A DNA stretch of 63,936 nt, counting the filler, from Thraustochytrium aureum (lineage: Eukaryota), in NCBI GenBank assembly GCA_012862495.1. It is 4 parts of 3 records of this genome, joined end to end, with 100 filler letters (N's around TTAATTAATTAA, not from the genome) between each part and the next. Parts side by side here need not be neighbours in the genome. Positions count along the whole stretch, not along the records: positions 26,303 to 44,052 come from BLSG01000312.1; positions 44,153 to 62,823 come from BLSG01000314.1; 2 more parts are not named here. The stretch is one strand, 5' to 3'. Below are positions 42,896 to 54,991 of the stretch, in pieces. Made by a program: the position numbers and the translations under genes. How positions within the stretch are numbered: the first letter of the stretch is position 1; each line of letters begins with the position of its first letter. Under the pieces are notes generated by a model. That model was not told the origin of the DNA. It worked only from the letters and a program-made list of their open reading frames with translations, and made no database searches.

Positions 42896-44052
42896 CTAGC
42901 CCCCGCCACACCCGCGAGGAGACGGCGTCTCCTCCGAGATGTTGGCCAGATGAGGCTGCGTCTCCAGGCCGGCGAATCCGTTCCCGAGGTCTGGTGCAGA
43001 GGCGTGGCGGACGTGAGCGCGGCCCGTCTGGCCCGGCCCGGCGCCGGCACTGTGGCTTTCTATTGCATTGTCAAAGCATATTTCCATCCCGCACGCTGCG
43101 TCAGGGCTCGAAGCGCGCTTGACTGCGACTCGCTGCGTGCCAAAGTTCAGGCTGCCGCCCACGAAAGGGTCGGCTTGGGCCGAGAGCGGGGGCGACAATG
43201 GCGGTGGGGGCCGGGGAGGAACAGCCACCGTGGCCTGTAGGCGGTCACCGCCGGCGCCGTGCTTGCCCCGCCGCGCGTGCGAGTCTGCAAGCGAGAAGGA
43301 GAGCGAGCGACCGGACCGCGCCGCAGCCGCGAGCGGCGGCGGGAGGACAAAGCCGCCGCAGCCACGAACGCTCGCAAGCGCCTCAAAGTCGCCGCAAGCT
43401 GGAAAACCCATCGACCCAGCGCCCACGCGCTCGCGCCCCGGCAACGCGAGTCCATCCGAGCCAGCCCCAGCAGAGCGCCCCGCGGCGGCCGCACGCTTGA
43501 GGCACGACGCACGTCGCTGCAGCGGACTGCAGTCGGCACTTCCAACGCTTGCGGCGCGGACCTTGGAGCGCTCTGCCCGCAAGGCCTGCATGCTCTCCTC
43601 CTCCGTGAGGGGGCCGATCACCTCCGGGCTCTGGCAAAAGCTCACGCGACGGCGCTCCACAACAGACCTTCGGCGCACAATGCAGCGATTGTGCATCTGA
43701 TACGGGGCCCTCCGCTTCCGGAGCAGCGCAGCCGACGTCGAGTTGCTGCGCGCCCTCATGCCGAGTGCATCTACTGGCGTGGTGGCAGAGCCGGCCTGCG
43801 TTGCGCAGAGCTCGGCAGCGCAGAGCAGCGCGCCGCCCCCAGACGGGCCAACGACAGGACTGCCCCGCTGCGCAGGTACGCACAGAGAGAGCGACCGGCC
43901 GCGGTTCGTCGCGGGCGTCGGCGCAGCTCGAGCCGGGAGCAAGTTGAACGACGAGCCGCGCCCGCTCGCCGGACCCGACGGGAGGTGCTCTCCGGGGTGC
44001 GCGACCCTGACGAGCGGCGAGGAGGCCGGCGAGGCGGTTGCGGCCACGGCTG
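42896..44052 (-). CDS. Largely disordered Ser/Arg/Pro-rich hypothetical protein with an RVxF motif (5' partial)
   Basis: 383-aa open frame reaching the scaffold end. RRRVSF is a PP1-docking-like motif; many RxxS sites. Confidence 0.55.
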
Positions 44053-44152
44053 NNNNNNNNNNNNNNNNNNNNNNNNNNNNNNNNNNNNNNNNNNNNTTAA
44101 TTAATTAANNNNNNNNNNNNNNNNNNNNNNNNNNNNNNNNNNNNNNNNNNNN
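44053..44152. other. Artificial scaffold-joining linker
   Basis: N44-TTAATTAATTAA-N44. Confidence 0.98.
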
Positions 44153-45478
44153 GAGACGGGCACGATCGCGACGTGGGTCGTCAAGGAGATGGAGAGCTTT
44201 GAAGAGGGAGCTGTGATTTGCGAAATCGAGACGGACAAAGCCACCGTGGACTACGAGGCGGTCGACGCTGGAGTGCTTGCGCGAATTCTGGTCAAGGCGG
44301 GCAGCAAAGACCTCGCAGTCGGCACTCCTATCGCGGTGATTGCCGAGGACGCCGATGTTGCCGCCAACCTCAAAGACATGGACCTCTCATTCCTGTCAAA
44401 CGCGAATGGCGCGCCGCAGACCGCCGCGCCCGAGCCCACAAAGTCCGCAAAGGCCGCAGCAGCGCCACCGCCGTCGTCGCCGCCGCCTCCTCAAGGCAGG
44501 CGGATTGTCTCCCCGGCTGCCGCGCAGCTGCTCCTGCAGTACGGCCTGGACGCCAGCGACGTCGTCGGCTCGCACCGAATGCCAGCTGGCAAGTCGAACG
44601 TCATCACGAAAATGGACGCCTTGAACGCAGTCAAAGGCCGTGAGCCGGTCGCGGCTGCCACTCAGCACCAGCCCCTCAAAGCACCTGCGCCGTCGTCGGC
44701 CGCTCAGTCGGCGTCTCCTGCGCCTGGGAACCCAGCCAGTGCGCAACCCTTTGAAATGGCCAACTCGGTCTCAGCGCGCGGCGCAGCCTTCCAAGACGTG
44801 CCTTTGACCGCGATGCGCAAGGTGATTGCGACGCGGCTCACGGAGGCCAAGCAGAGCCGTCCGCACTTTTACGCGAGCATCGACATCCCCATCGACGAGA
44901 TCCTCGCCATGCGCAAGCGCGTCAAGGCCACGCTGGGCGAAGCGCCTTCCATCAACGACGTGATCGTCAAGGCTGCAGCGCTTGCGCTCCGGGATGTTCC
45001 GCGCGTCAACTGCCGCCTCGAGTCGGACGGCCGAGTCGTGGAGAACCCGACGATCGACGTGGCCGTGGCCGTGGCAATCCCGCAGGGCCTCATCACGCCT
45101 GTCGTCAAGGACACGGACCGCAAGGGCCTCATGCAGATCAGCGCAGACGTCAAGGAGCTCGCCGGGCGGGCCAAGGCCAACAAGCTCAAGCCGGAAGAGT
45201 ACCAGGGCGGAAGTTTTACAATTAGCAACCTTGGGATGATGGGCATCGCAGACTTTACGGCGGTGATCTCCCCGCCCCAGTCGGCCATCCTCGCGGTTGG
45301 CGCCGGCCAGCAGGTTTTCGCCTGCAACGGCGGCGAGTCGGACCCCCTCGGCGGCGTGGTAAACCAGCTCACGGTCCAGCTTTCGAGCGACCGCCGGCTG
45401 ATCGACGACGTCACTGCTGCTCGATTCCTGCAGTGCCTGCGCGCATATATGAGCGAGCCGTCGCTCATGACCCTCTAG
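44153..45478 (+). CDS. PDHX: Pyruvate dehydrogenase E3-binding protein (protein X)-like E2 paralog (5' partial)
   Basis: Lipoyl motif EIETDKA, PSBD SPAAAQLL...GLDAS...ITKMDAL, and inner domain with SSDRRLIDD in place of the catalytic DHRxxDG. Confidence 0.8.
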   Translation, partial: ETGTIATWVVKEMESFEEGAVICEIETDKATVDYEAVDAGVLARILVKAGSKDLAVGTPIAVIAEDADVAANLKDMDLSFLSNANGAPQTAAPEPTKSAKAAAAPPPSSPPPPQGRRIVSPAAAQLLLQYGLDASDVVGSHRMPAGKSNVITKMDALNAVKGREPVAAATQHQPLKAPAPSSAAQSASPAPGNPASAQPFEMANSVSARGAAFQDVPLTAMRKVIATRLTEAKQSRPHFYASIDIPIDEILAMRKRVKATLGEAPSINDVIVKAAALALRDVPRVNCRLESDGRVVENPTIDVAVAVAIPQGLITPVVKDTDRKGLMQISADVKELAGRAKANKLKPEEYQGGSFTISNLGMMGIADFTAVISPPQSAILAVGAGQQVFACNGGESDPLGGVVNQLTVQLSSDRRLIDDVTAARFLQCLRAYMSEPSLMTL

Positions 45479-45580
45479 AGGCGGTAACAGGCTTGTTGGC
45501 AAATTTGCTTTGCTTTGCTTTTTTCTTTGTTGGCATGAGTTTACAAGGTAAGGTACCCAACCCTGGGTTGGCAACGGCAC

Positions 45581-48500
45581 CTACCGCTTGCGAGCCTTTC
45601 CGCGCTTCGAGCCTGCGCCCGCCGGCGGCTTGCCGGAGAGCGCATCCACGTCAAACTGGTCGCGGATCGGCTCGTGCGGAGCTCCCAACAGCTCCTTGGC
45701 GTGCTGAACGCTCGCGAGAAACGCGCGCAGCTCGCTCCACGCCCGCTCCACTTCCGTTGCAGTCCTGTCCATGCAAGTCACAGATGTCAAGGCGTCATAG
45801 GTTGCTGCGAAGACATTGCTCGTTTCGGTGACTTGACCAGCGACCTCGCGACGCTGCTCAGAACGGCGGTGCCTCTCCTCGCCGTCCATTGCATCCAGCC
45901 CGCGCAGGCTGTTCAGATCTGCGCAGAGACATTCAACGAGCTGCTGCACACATGGCTGAAGCGGGGTCCAGACGTAGACGAGCTGCCGCCAGCGCGGTTC
46001 GGGGCCTGCGCTTGGTGCTGGCGTCTTGTAGACGTGAGTGGAGCGCCACAGGCCGTGCTGTAGGTGCGCCTCCTCGGCCGCCAGCGCTGCGCCACGGCCA
46101 ACCAGGTCTCCAAGGGCGCACTGCACATGAACCAGCGAGACGGGCTCGGGGTCCGCCAAGTTGCACGCAGCAAGGTAAACCTTGAGGGCCTCGCGCGGCT
46201 GCGCAGCACAGGCCGAATCCAGCGGAGCGAGGCAGCGCGAGAGAAACGCGTCAGCGCTGTGCACGCATTCGACAGCGTCCGGCCTGAGTCGCTCGAGCAA
46301 GAGGCGCCTGCGCTGCAGCTGCTCCGAGTGCCAGCCTTGCAGAACGATCAGCAACACGCAATCAACGTCGACCGTNNNNNNNNNNNNNNNNNNNNNNNNN
46401 NNNNNNNNNNNNNNNNNNNNNNNNNNNNNNNNNNNNNNNNNNNNNNNNNNNNNNNNNNNNNNNNNNNNNNNNNNNNNNNNNNNNNNNNNNNNNNNNNNNN
46501 NNNNNNNNNNNNNNNNNNNNNNNNNNNNNNNNNNNNNNNNNNNNNNNNNNNNNNNNNNNNNNNNNNNNNNNNNNNNNNNNNNNNNNNNNNNNNNNNNNNN
46601 NNNNNNNNNNNNNNNNNNNNNNNNNNNNNNNNNNNNNNNNNNNNNNNNNNNNNNNNNNNNNNNNNNNNNNNNNNNNNNNNNNNNNNNNNNNNNNNNNNNN
46701 NNNNNNNNNNNNNNNNNNNNNNNNNNNNNNNNNNNNNNNNNNNNNNNNNNNNNNNNNNNNNNNNNNNNNNNNNNNNNNNNNNNNNNNNNNNNNNNNNNNN
46801 NNNNNNNNNNNNNAGTGCGGCCCGACTCCGGGAATACGGGGACCGAGTCGTTCTCGCTCCCTTCGTGCAGGTGGGCAAGGGCTGCGACATACGTGTCGAT
46901 CGCACCGCTCGCTCGGATCGCCTTTGGCAGCAGCTTCTTGAGCGGCTCTTGCGACCAGTCGTGCTTTTCCCCATACCCAACCTCGGTCTCAATGTCAAAC
47001 TTGTCGCCCTCGTTGTCGCCTGGGTCGAGCGCGCTCTTGCGCACCGGCTTTTGCAAAGCTGCTGCCCGAACGCCCGTAAACCAGGCGAAAACTCTAATCC
47101 GGACGTGCTGGCCAGCGTACCTGTGTACGTTGACGAAGAAGTCGTGGATGAGACGCTCCGCAACGCTCCGGACCCCAACGAGGCTCACCGCGACGTTGTG
47201 CAGGGCTTCTTCAAGGCTTACGGATCGGCCCCATTCAATTAGTGGCCCTGGCGTCGCCCCTCGTGAGGGCGCTGCCGAGGCATCGGCAGCCATTTTGAAG
47301 CGAAACACCTCGTCCAATACGAGCAAAACCCACTCTAGCGGTTGGGCAGGCAGACGAGCGATTCTGCGCTTGGCGCTCGCCGAGGTCGCATCTGCTGGGC
47401 TTGCTTCCGCCTCGCCCTGGTTCGGCGTCGTAGCTTTCGGGACCACGAGCTCGGCCTCGAACGCGGAGCTGAGCAGTTTGCGCATCTCGAAAGGGACCCC
47501 GGGAGCCAGCTCCTGGCGCCTGCGCCATTTCTGTTGGATAAGCGATGCAGAGTTCTTGAGCTGCACTGCTTGGAGGCGCTCCTCGCGCTCGTCCTGCTCA
47601 AAGTTCCGCAAAACGTGGCAGATGGCCTCAACCTCGCGCTTGCTGTTGACCACGGCGAGCTCGCCCGAAGCGTCCTGCTCCCCGAAAAGCTCCCGCTTGC
47701 CGTTCCGCTCACCCAGCATGAAAAACAGCATGCGGCGCAGCGCGCACAGCGCGCGCCGGCCGTCCAGCGTTGGCCCGCCCTTACCGAGCTCGACCTCGAC
47801 GTCTTCCACGAGCCGCGCAAGGCGCCGGCGCGCTGGCGGGTCGAGCGAGGCGGAGAACATGTCCACGACCGGGCGCATGAGCGCCATCTGCTGGCGCACA
47901 TTGTTGCCTATCTGCACGCACTGGGCTGGCGTCAGCATGTTGGGCGCCTCTGTCCCAAAGTGCGACGGAAGCCGCAGGCAGTCTGTGAGAAAGTTGGTGC
48001 GGTTTGCAGCGTCTGAAAACGAGTCCAGGGTGACCTTGCCACCGCCCAGCTCGTGCGCAAGCCGGTAGAGCGTGACAGCCTCCGCTGGACCAGCGCGCGA
48101 GTTCAGCGAGCGAACAATCGTCAGCAGCTGGCCGAGGTCGACCGACTTGTTGTTGGCTTGCTCTTCTGGCCCAGAGGCTGCGCAGCCAAACATGAGCCGA
48201 AGCGCGGCTCGGCGATGGGCTTGCTCGTCCCGGTACTCTTGCAGCAAAACGCGGAGGCAGACGTTGATGTCTATGATTCGCTGCCCGGTGGTAGGCGTGA
48301 TGCGAATCTCCTCGTGCACGGCATTCTCCAAGAGCGTTTTTGCGGCGCGGCGGCAGTCGTCTTGCGAGGCGCGCGCCATCACGCGCTCCACGGCCTGCAC
48401 GGCGTGCTTGATCTCGACAAACACGAAATCGCCGATCTGCGCCGGCTCGCCCGTCTCGGCCTCTTCGAGCTCCACAGACTCTTTGAGCGCGTCGTAGTCG

Positions 48501-50457
48501 CAGGCCGAGGTGTGCGGGCCCCAGTCGAGCGAGGACCGCTTCTCGTTTGCGACGGCTTCGAGGATGGTGAGGCAGTGAAGATAGAATGCAAAGTCGTCCT
48601 CGCCAAACTTTTCGTCGAGAAAGGTGAAAAACACGCGAGCCTCCGGGAGCTCGTTAAAGAGCTTCTTCACGCCATAGTAGAGCCCCCACCGGTTCTCGTC
48701 GGCCTCCGCCTTGGCAAGCAGCGCGGCCTCGGAGCCCTCGCTAGCGGCCAGCTCCTCGAGGCGCTCCGGGCGCGGCGTGAACCACATGTACACAAACTCG
48801 GGAAACCGCATTCGAGGCGTGCCGCTGCGGTCCGCGCTCAGGTCGGCGCACCGCTTGGCGCGAATGATGCACCGCATGCACCGCAGGACCCAGGCCTTTT
48901 TCCGCTCCGGGCGATATCCCATCAAATTCGGCAGCAACATGCGGTATCCAGCGCATGCGAGCTTGCGCTTTTCGCCGCCCACGCGCGAGTCAATATTTCC
49001 GGCCTGGTCCAGGGCGGCGTTGCACCTTGGGCATAGCACTGTGCTGGCCCCGCTGGGATCGTCCATTCCGGCACGAATCTCCTCGGAGGCCCCAGCTCCA
49101 AATTTGGTTTCCGTCCCTGCCTCAGCGACGCGCACCGTGTCGGTGGCCTTGAGAATGCGCTTCCCGACGAGGAACTGGGCGCCTTTGACCGCCTTTTTGC
49201 CTTTCTTCTTCTTCTTCTTCTTGAGCTTTTTCTTGCTGCCGCCAGCTGCTTTTGCCTTANNNNNNNNNNNNNNNNNNNNNNNNNNNNNNNNNNNNNNNNN
49301 NNNNNNNNNNNNNNNNNNNNNNNNNNNNNNNNNNNNNNNNNNNNNNNNNNNNNNNNNNNNNNNNNNNNNNNNNNNNNNNNNNNNNNNNNNNNNNNNNNNN
49401 NNNNNNNNNNNNNNNNNNNNNNNNNNNNNNNNNNNNNNNNNNNNNNNNNNNNNNNNNNNNNNNNNNNNNNNNNNNNNNNNNNNNNNNNNNNNNNNNNNNN
49501 NNNNNNNNNNNNNNNNNNNNNNNNNNNNNNNNNNNNNNNNNNNNNNNNNNNNNNNNNNNNNNNNNNNNNNNNNNNNNNNNNNNNNNNNNNNNNNNNNNNN
49601 NNNNNNNNNNNNNNNNNNNNNNNNNNNNNNNNNNNNNNNNNNNNNNNNNNNNNNNNNNNNNNNNNNNNNNNNNNNNNNNNNNNNNNNNNNNNNNNNNNNN
49701 NNNNNNNNNNNNNNNNNNNNNNNNNNNNNNNNNNNNNNNNNNNNNNNNNNNNNNNNNNNNNNNNNNNNNNNNNNNNNNNNNNNNNNNNNNNNNNNNNNNN
49801 NNNNNNNNNNNNNNNNNNNNNNNNNNNNNNNNNNNNNNNNNNNNNNNNNNNNNNNNNNNNNNNNNNNNNNNNNNNNNNNNNNNNNNNNNNNNNNNNNNNN
49901 NNNNNNNNNNNNNNNNNNNNNNNNNNNNNCATGGCGCGCTCAAACTGCTTTTGGAGCAGCAGAACGTCGCGCCTCGACGCAGGCTTTTCCAGCGGGGCGT
50001 CGGTCTTCCCCACTTGCTGCCAAGTGTTGTCCTTCGTCAGCATCGAGTACTGCCCCTCGCGCTCTGTTCTGTTGGATGTGTCTGCCTCTCCGCCGGCTCT
50101 CGGCTTGGTGCCTTGCTCCGTCCGCTTTTCCTCATGGTCGTCGTTCGTTTCTGCGTCGGCATGCGAGATACCGAGTTCGTCTCTGCGGCCGAGGGCTGCC
50201 TTGGCGTGGTAGCCCTTTGGCCGCTTGTGCAGCAGGCCATCTGAAGCGCTGCTGAACAGCCCGTCTGCGGCGGCGCCCGCAGGCCCTGTCGCGCCAGGCC
50301 CCGGCCAAGCGTCTCCGCCAAGACTTGCGAGCTTGAGCCTCGAGCTATGCTGCTCATTCTTCGTCAAGCTCCCCAGCTTGTTCCGGAGCTCAAGTCGTTG
50401 GCGCAAGAGGTCCTTCTCCACCTTGCTCTTCCCGGAAGCCCCGCCTGTGGGCCGCAT
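45581..50457 (-). CDS. Very large coiled-coil/helical protein, probably axonemal (dynein-light-chain-domain/TSNAXIP1-like), with IQ and EF-hand-like segments; two gaps
   Basis: Open frames on all three contig pieces. PASRRDVLLLQ resembles the axonemal dynein light chain domain; also FPEFVYMWF, ARVFFTFLDEKF and IQQKWRRR (IQ-like). Confidence 0.65.
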
Positions 50458-50716
50458 CTGGCGCGCAGGAGGGCCGCCGCCTGAAAGCTTGGCCAAGCGT
50501 GCCTTGACGCACCGCAAGCCGCGCCGAGCCGAGCCGGGCGCTCGAGACGCGGTACCGCGGGAGCAGAACCGCGAGCAATCCGGCAGGGCACAACCCAGCA
50601 AGTCCAAGGTCACCGGGCCTCGGCGCTCTGCTCGCGCGCGGCTGGCTGGCTGGCTGGACAGCCTCGCGTCACTGCCGCCCGCCGCCGGCTGTGCGTTCTG
50701 GAGAGCCGTTGATCAA

Positions 50717-50790
50717 CGAGCAAAGGAGCACTTCGTTGGACACGGGGAGCAAAGGAGCACATCGTTGCACACGGGGAGCAGAGAGCACTT
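50717..50790. repeat. About 29-bp imperfect tandem repeat x2.5 in the divergent intergenic region
   Basis: GAGCAAAGGAGCAC(T/A)TCGTTG(G/C)ACACGGG repeated. Confidence 0.8.
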
Positions 50791-51253
50791 TTTGGATGGC
50801 GGACGCGCCGATCAATCGCCGCGAGGCGCAGCGGACGAGGCGCAGCGGATGTGGGGGGCCTGCCTGCCTGCCTGCCTGCCTGCCATCCATCAAGCCGCGT
50901 CGAGTGGCTCGCTACAGGTACTCGAGAGAAACTCTCCCGGTGTATTGGTGGATGGGAGTACTCGTGCGGACCAGCGCCGGCGTTCGCACCTCGAATTTGA
51001 ACGGGACATGAGCTGCTTTCTTGCGCACGGTTGCGCTCGCTTGCTCTCGCTTGCTCTCGTGGCCAGGCTCGGCGCCCAGCGACAGCAGCTGCAATCGCCA
51101 AAACGACGAAATCGATCAGGCACAGGTACTTCCCAGCCCTGTCCCAAAAGATACAACGTTCCGACCTCCGATTGAACGTGTGCCCAGCGCGGCAGAGCAG
51201 CTTGTGCTGGCGCAGCTGCAGCCGACAAGCGAGACGCCAGGCAAGGCAAGATC

Positions 51254-52702
51254 ATGGCTCACCCGATGGACCTGACGCTCGTGGAGCTCGTCGCAAAGGT
51301 GCAAAGCGGCGAGCTCACGCCGCTCGAGTCGGTGGAAGCAGCCTTTGAGCGTATCCGCGAGCGCAACCCCGTGGTAAACGCCTTCACTGAGGTCTGCGAG
51401 GAGCGCGCCCTGCGCGAAGCGCGCGAGCAGACCCGGCGCGCTAAGCAGGGGCTCGCACTGCCGCCGCTCGCAGGGGTCCCGCTCGGCGTCAAAGACCTGG
51501 AAGACGCCCAGGGCATGGTAACCACGTACGGGGCAGTTCCGTTCAAGGACTCGGCGCCTGCCGAGCAAGACTCTGTCCAAGTAGCGCGGCTGCGCAAAGC
51601 TGGCGCAATCGTGGTCGGCAAGACCAACGTACCCATATTTGGCAGCACAATCCTCACGAAAAACCGCGTGTTTGGCGTGACGGTAAATCCGTGGGACCCC
51701 GCGCTGACGCCTGGGGGGTCCTCGGGGGGATCGAGTGCTGCCATCGCGGCTCGAATGGTTCCTTTAGTGACCGCCGCAGATGGCGGTGGCTCCATTCGCG
51801 CGCCGGCTGCCTTCACCGGCACCTTTGGACTCAAGCCCACGCGCGGCCTGGTCCCAATGACCGAAGCGCGAGCCCTTGGCATGGACCGCTTTGTGCACTG
51901 CGTCTGTTTTGGCCCGCTCACGCGGTGCGTTGAGGACGCTGCGCTCGTCCTGGACGTTGTGGCCGGATACCACCCCGACGACCCCTTCAGCGTGCCTCGG
52001 CCGCTGGGCTCGTTCCGCGAGACCTGCCTGCGCAGGCCAGAGCGGCCGCTCCGGATACTCTTTTCCCCTGACTTTGGATTTGTCTCGCATGTGGACGAGT
52101 CCATCCTGCGTGGGTGTCGCGAGGCTGTCAACACGCTTGCCCGCGCTGGCGGTCACGTTGTTGTCGAAGACAGCGACAAGTGTCGGCTGCCAGACCCGGA
52201 GATGCGCTGGGCGGTGGCCATGGGGCTGCAAGAGAAAGCCATGGTCTTTCCGAATCTGAGCGAGGACGGGCTGGCGAAGCTGGACAAGGGAGTCCGAATG
52301 ACGTGGGAGGCGCTGGATTTGGGGGCCGACGAGTTTGGCGAGATCTTTCGGTACGTTCGCTCGCTGAACGACGCCATCGAGGCCGTCTTTGGCGAATTCG
52401 ACCTCATCGCCTCTCCAGCTATGCCCATCGCCCCTTTCGCTGCCAACGGGCCGGTCCCGATCGAGGCGTTTGACTTTCCGCTGCACGTGGTCGGATTCCT
52501 CACCGTCTTTAACTTTTCAGGCCACCCCGCCGCCGCGGTGCCGCTCGCCCCGCACGGGCAGCTTGGCGCGCTGCAGCTTGTCGCGCCGCGTCACCAGGAT
52601 GCGTTGCTCCTTGCCGCCTGCCGCGAGTACGAGGCCGCGGCCGGGCCCTTCCAATCCTGGCCCCCGCCCATTTCCAAGGCACGCGCCGCCTCGTCACTCT
52701 AG
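51254..52702 (+). CDS. Amidase-signature family amidase, 482 aa, intronless
   Basis: GVPLGVKD (catalytic Lys), GKTNVP, PGGSSGGS, DGGGSIR (catalytic Ser), GLKPTRG, FNFSGHPA. Confidence 0.95.
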   Translation: MAHPMDLTLVELVAKVQSGELTPLESVEAAFERIRERNPVVNAFTEVCEERALREAREQTRRAKQGLALPPLAGVPLGVKDLEDAQGMVTTYGAVPFKDSAPAEQDSVQVARLRKAGAIVVGKTNVPIFGSTILTKNRVFGVTVNPWDPALTPGGSSGGSSAAIAARMVPLVTAADGGGSIRAPAAFTGTFGLKPTRGLVPMTEARALGMDRFVHCVCFGPLTRCVEDAALVLDVVAGYHPDDPFSVPRPLGSFRETCLRRPERPLRILFSPDFGFVSHVDESILRGCREAVNTLARAGGHVVVEDSDKCRLPDPEMRWAVAMGLQEKAMVFPNLSEDGLAKLDKGVRMTWEALDLGADEFGEIFRYVRSLNDAIEAVFGEFDLIASPAMPIAPFAANGPVPIEAFDFPLHVVGFLTVFNFSGHPAAAVPLAPHGQLGALQLVAPRHQDALLLAACREYEAAAGPFQSWPPPISKARAASSL

Positions 52703-54991
52703 TAGCCCAAGCGGGCGCGAGCGGGCCATCGCCGAGCGGGGCTCGTCCTCGCGCGGAGAGGCGTCGCGCGAGGTTTCTCCTGGACTCGAGTCGTGCAGCG
52801 CACAAGCAACGAACGGCCTGGAGCTGGGGTGGAGCACCAACCATCGTTTGCGCTGCGGCGCTGCGGCAGTCCAGGCACCGCATGATAAAAAAGAAACAAC
52901 AAAGCTCAAGCCGGCTGTGTGCCAGTACTGTGCACCGCGTCTCGACCTCGCCCGCGCGGCCGCGAGAACGGCATCCGCGGATGGACGCAGAACTGTGCGC
53001 GGTGCGAGTTCTCCCGGAGAAGACCTCCTTTGCTCCATGGAAAACGTGTGGCTGGCAGCCGAGCCCGACGGAGGACAAGCACGGCCAGCAAAGCAGGCCA
53101 CCACGACTCGACGACAGACCCCCATCGCCAGAGCACCTGCTCTGGGCCGAGTGGGGTCCGTCCCGGATGGCGGGCGGCCGTCTGGCTTGCATGCCGAGAC
53201 GCTGACCGCCGAAGGCCTCCTGGGGGCCAGGTTCGCCGAGGTGTCAAAGACGGTACGTGAACTTGCGGGGAAAAGGTGCCGCGGCGACGGGTTGGCGGGT
53301 GGGTGGGTGCGGGCGGTGGCGCGGTGACGATCATTCAGCAACAAAGCACATGTGAAACTCTGATTTTTCATGAGGAGTACGCAAGATAGCCGAGCGCTGG
53401 ACCCGCACGAGCCACAGGGGACGGGGTTGAGGCGCGGTGGCGCGGTGTGCTTTGATGAGCCATCCCTACAAAAAGCATAGATCACTCTGAATTCCATGAG
53501 GATATTCGTTATCGAAGTAGGTCTGAGCACTCGCAGCCGCGGCCCTGCTGCGCCGACGAAATCAGCGATTCGAGCGAGGCGATCTAGGGGGGCTTGGCGG
53601 AGGGGTTGGCGGAGGGGGGTTTGTGGTGACTGTTGCTGCGCGTTCCCGATGACGAAAAAACTTTGTCGACTTCCTTCTGAAATCCGTGAAGATGATTCTA
53701 TCGCTAGATAGTAACAGACTGGGATCGCGCCAACAGCGCTGGCTCGAGGCGCCCGCCTCTCGCAGGAACGTCCGAAACTAACTCGCACGCGCCGCCCCAC
53801 ACANNNNNNNNNNNNNNNNNNNNNNNNNNNNNNNNNNNNNNNNNNNNNNNNNNNNNNNNNNNNNNNNNNNNNNNNNNNNNNNNNNNNNNNNNNNNNNNNN
53901 NNNNNNNNNNNNNNNNNNNNNNNNNNNNNNNNNNNNNNNNNNNNNNNNNNNNNNNNNNNNNNNNNNNNNNNNNNNNNNNNNNNNNNNNNNNNNNNNNNNN
54001 NNNNNNNNNNNNNNNNNNNNNNNNNNNNNNNNNNNNNNNNNNNNNNNNNNNNNNNNNNNNNNNNNNNNNNNNNNNNNNNNNNNNNNNNNNNNNNNNNNNN
54101 NNNNNNNNNNNNNNNNNNNNNNNNNNNNNNNNNNNNNNNNNNNNNNNNNNNNNNNNNNNNNNNNNNNNNNNNNNNNNNNNNNNNNNNNNNNNNNNNNNNN
54201 NNNNNNNNNNNNNNNNNNNNNNNNNNNNNNNNNNNNNNNNNNNNNNNNNNNNNNNNNNNNNNNNNNNNNNNNNNNNNNNNNNNNNNNNNNNNNNNNNNNN
54301 NNNNNNNNNNNNNNNNNNNNNNNNNNNNNNNNNNNNNNNNNNNNNNNNNNNNNNNNNNNNNNNNNNNNNNNNNNNNNNNNNNNNNNNNNNNNNNNNNNNN
54401 NNNNNNNNNNNNNNNNNNNNNNNNNNNNNNNNNNNNNNNNNNNNNNNNNNNNNNNNNNNNNNNNNNNNNNNNNNNNNNNNNNNNNNNNNNNNNNNNNNNN
54501 NNNNNNNNNNNNNNNNNNNNNNNNNNNNNNNNNNNNNNNNNNNNNNNNNNNNNNNNNNNNNNNNNNNNNNNNNNNNNNNNNNNNNNNNNNNNNNNNNNNN
54601 NNNNNNNNNNNNNNNNNNNNNNNNNNNNNNNNNNNNNNNNNGGCGCGAGGTACTGGCCTTGGCGCGCGGAGAGGAGCGCGAGAGCGCCTGCGGAACGTGC
54701 ATCGCCGAGGCCGACATCGGCGCGTTTCCGGCGCGTTGCCCCGAGCTCTCCCGCCCGCCGAGCGCGCAGGCGGGCGACCCGGCGACCGAGGCAGACCTGC
54801 AACCACGCTTGGGACCGAGGGATTTGAGCCGGATTGGCGCTGGCGAGTCGACCTCGGGGTGAGTGCGCGAGCGAGCGAGCGAGCGAGCGGGTGGCGAGAG
54901 CTCGTTGTGCACGAGCGCCGTGTGAGGCTCTCCCTGCCGCGACCTGCCGGACTTCACTCTGGTTCACGGCCAGAAGGCGCAGTTGTGCAAG

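Noticed and set aside
52703..54990. Gene between the amidase and RIOK3
   Set aside because: No recognisable ORF in the visible sequence. About 840 bp are N, so a small gene cannot be excluded.
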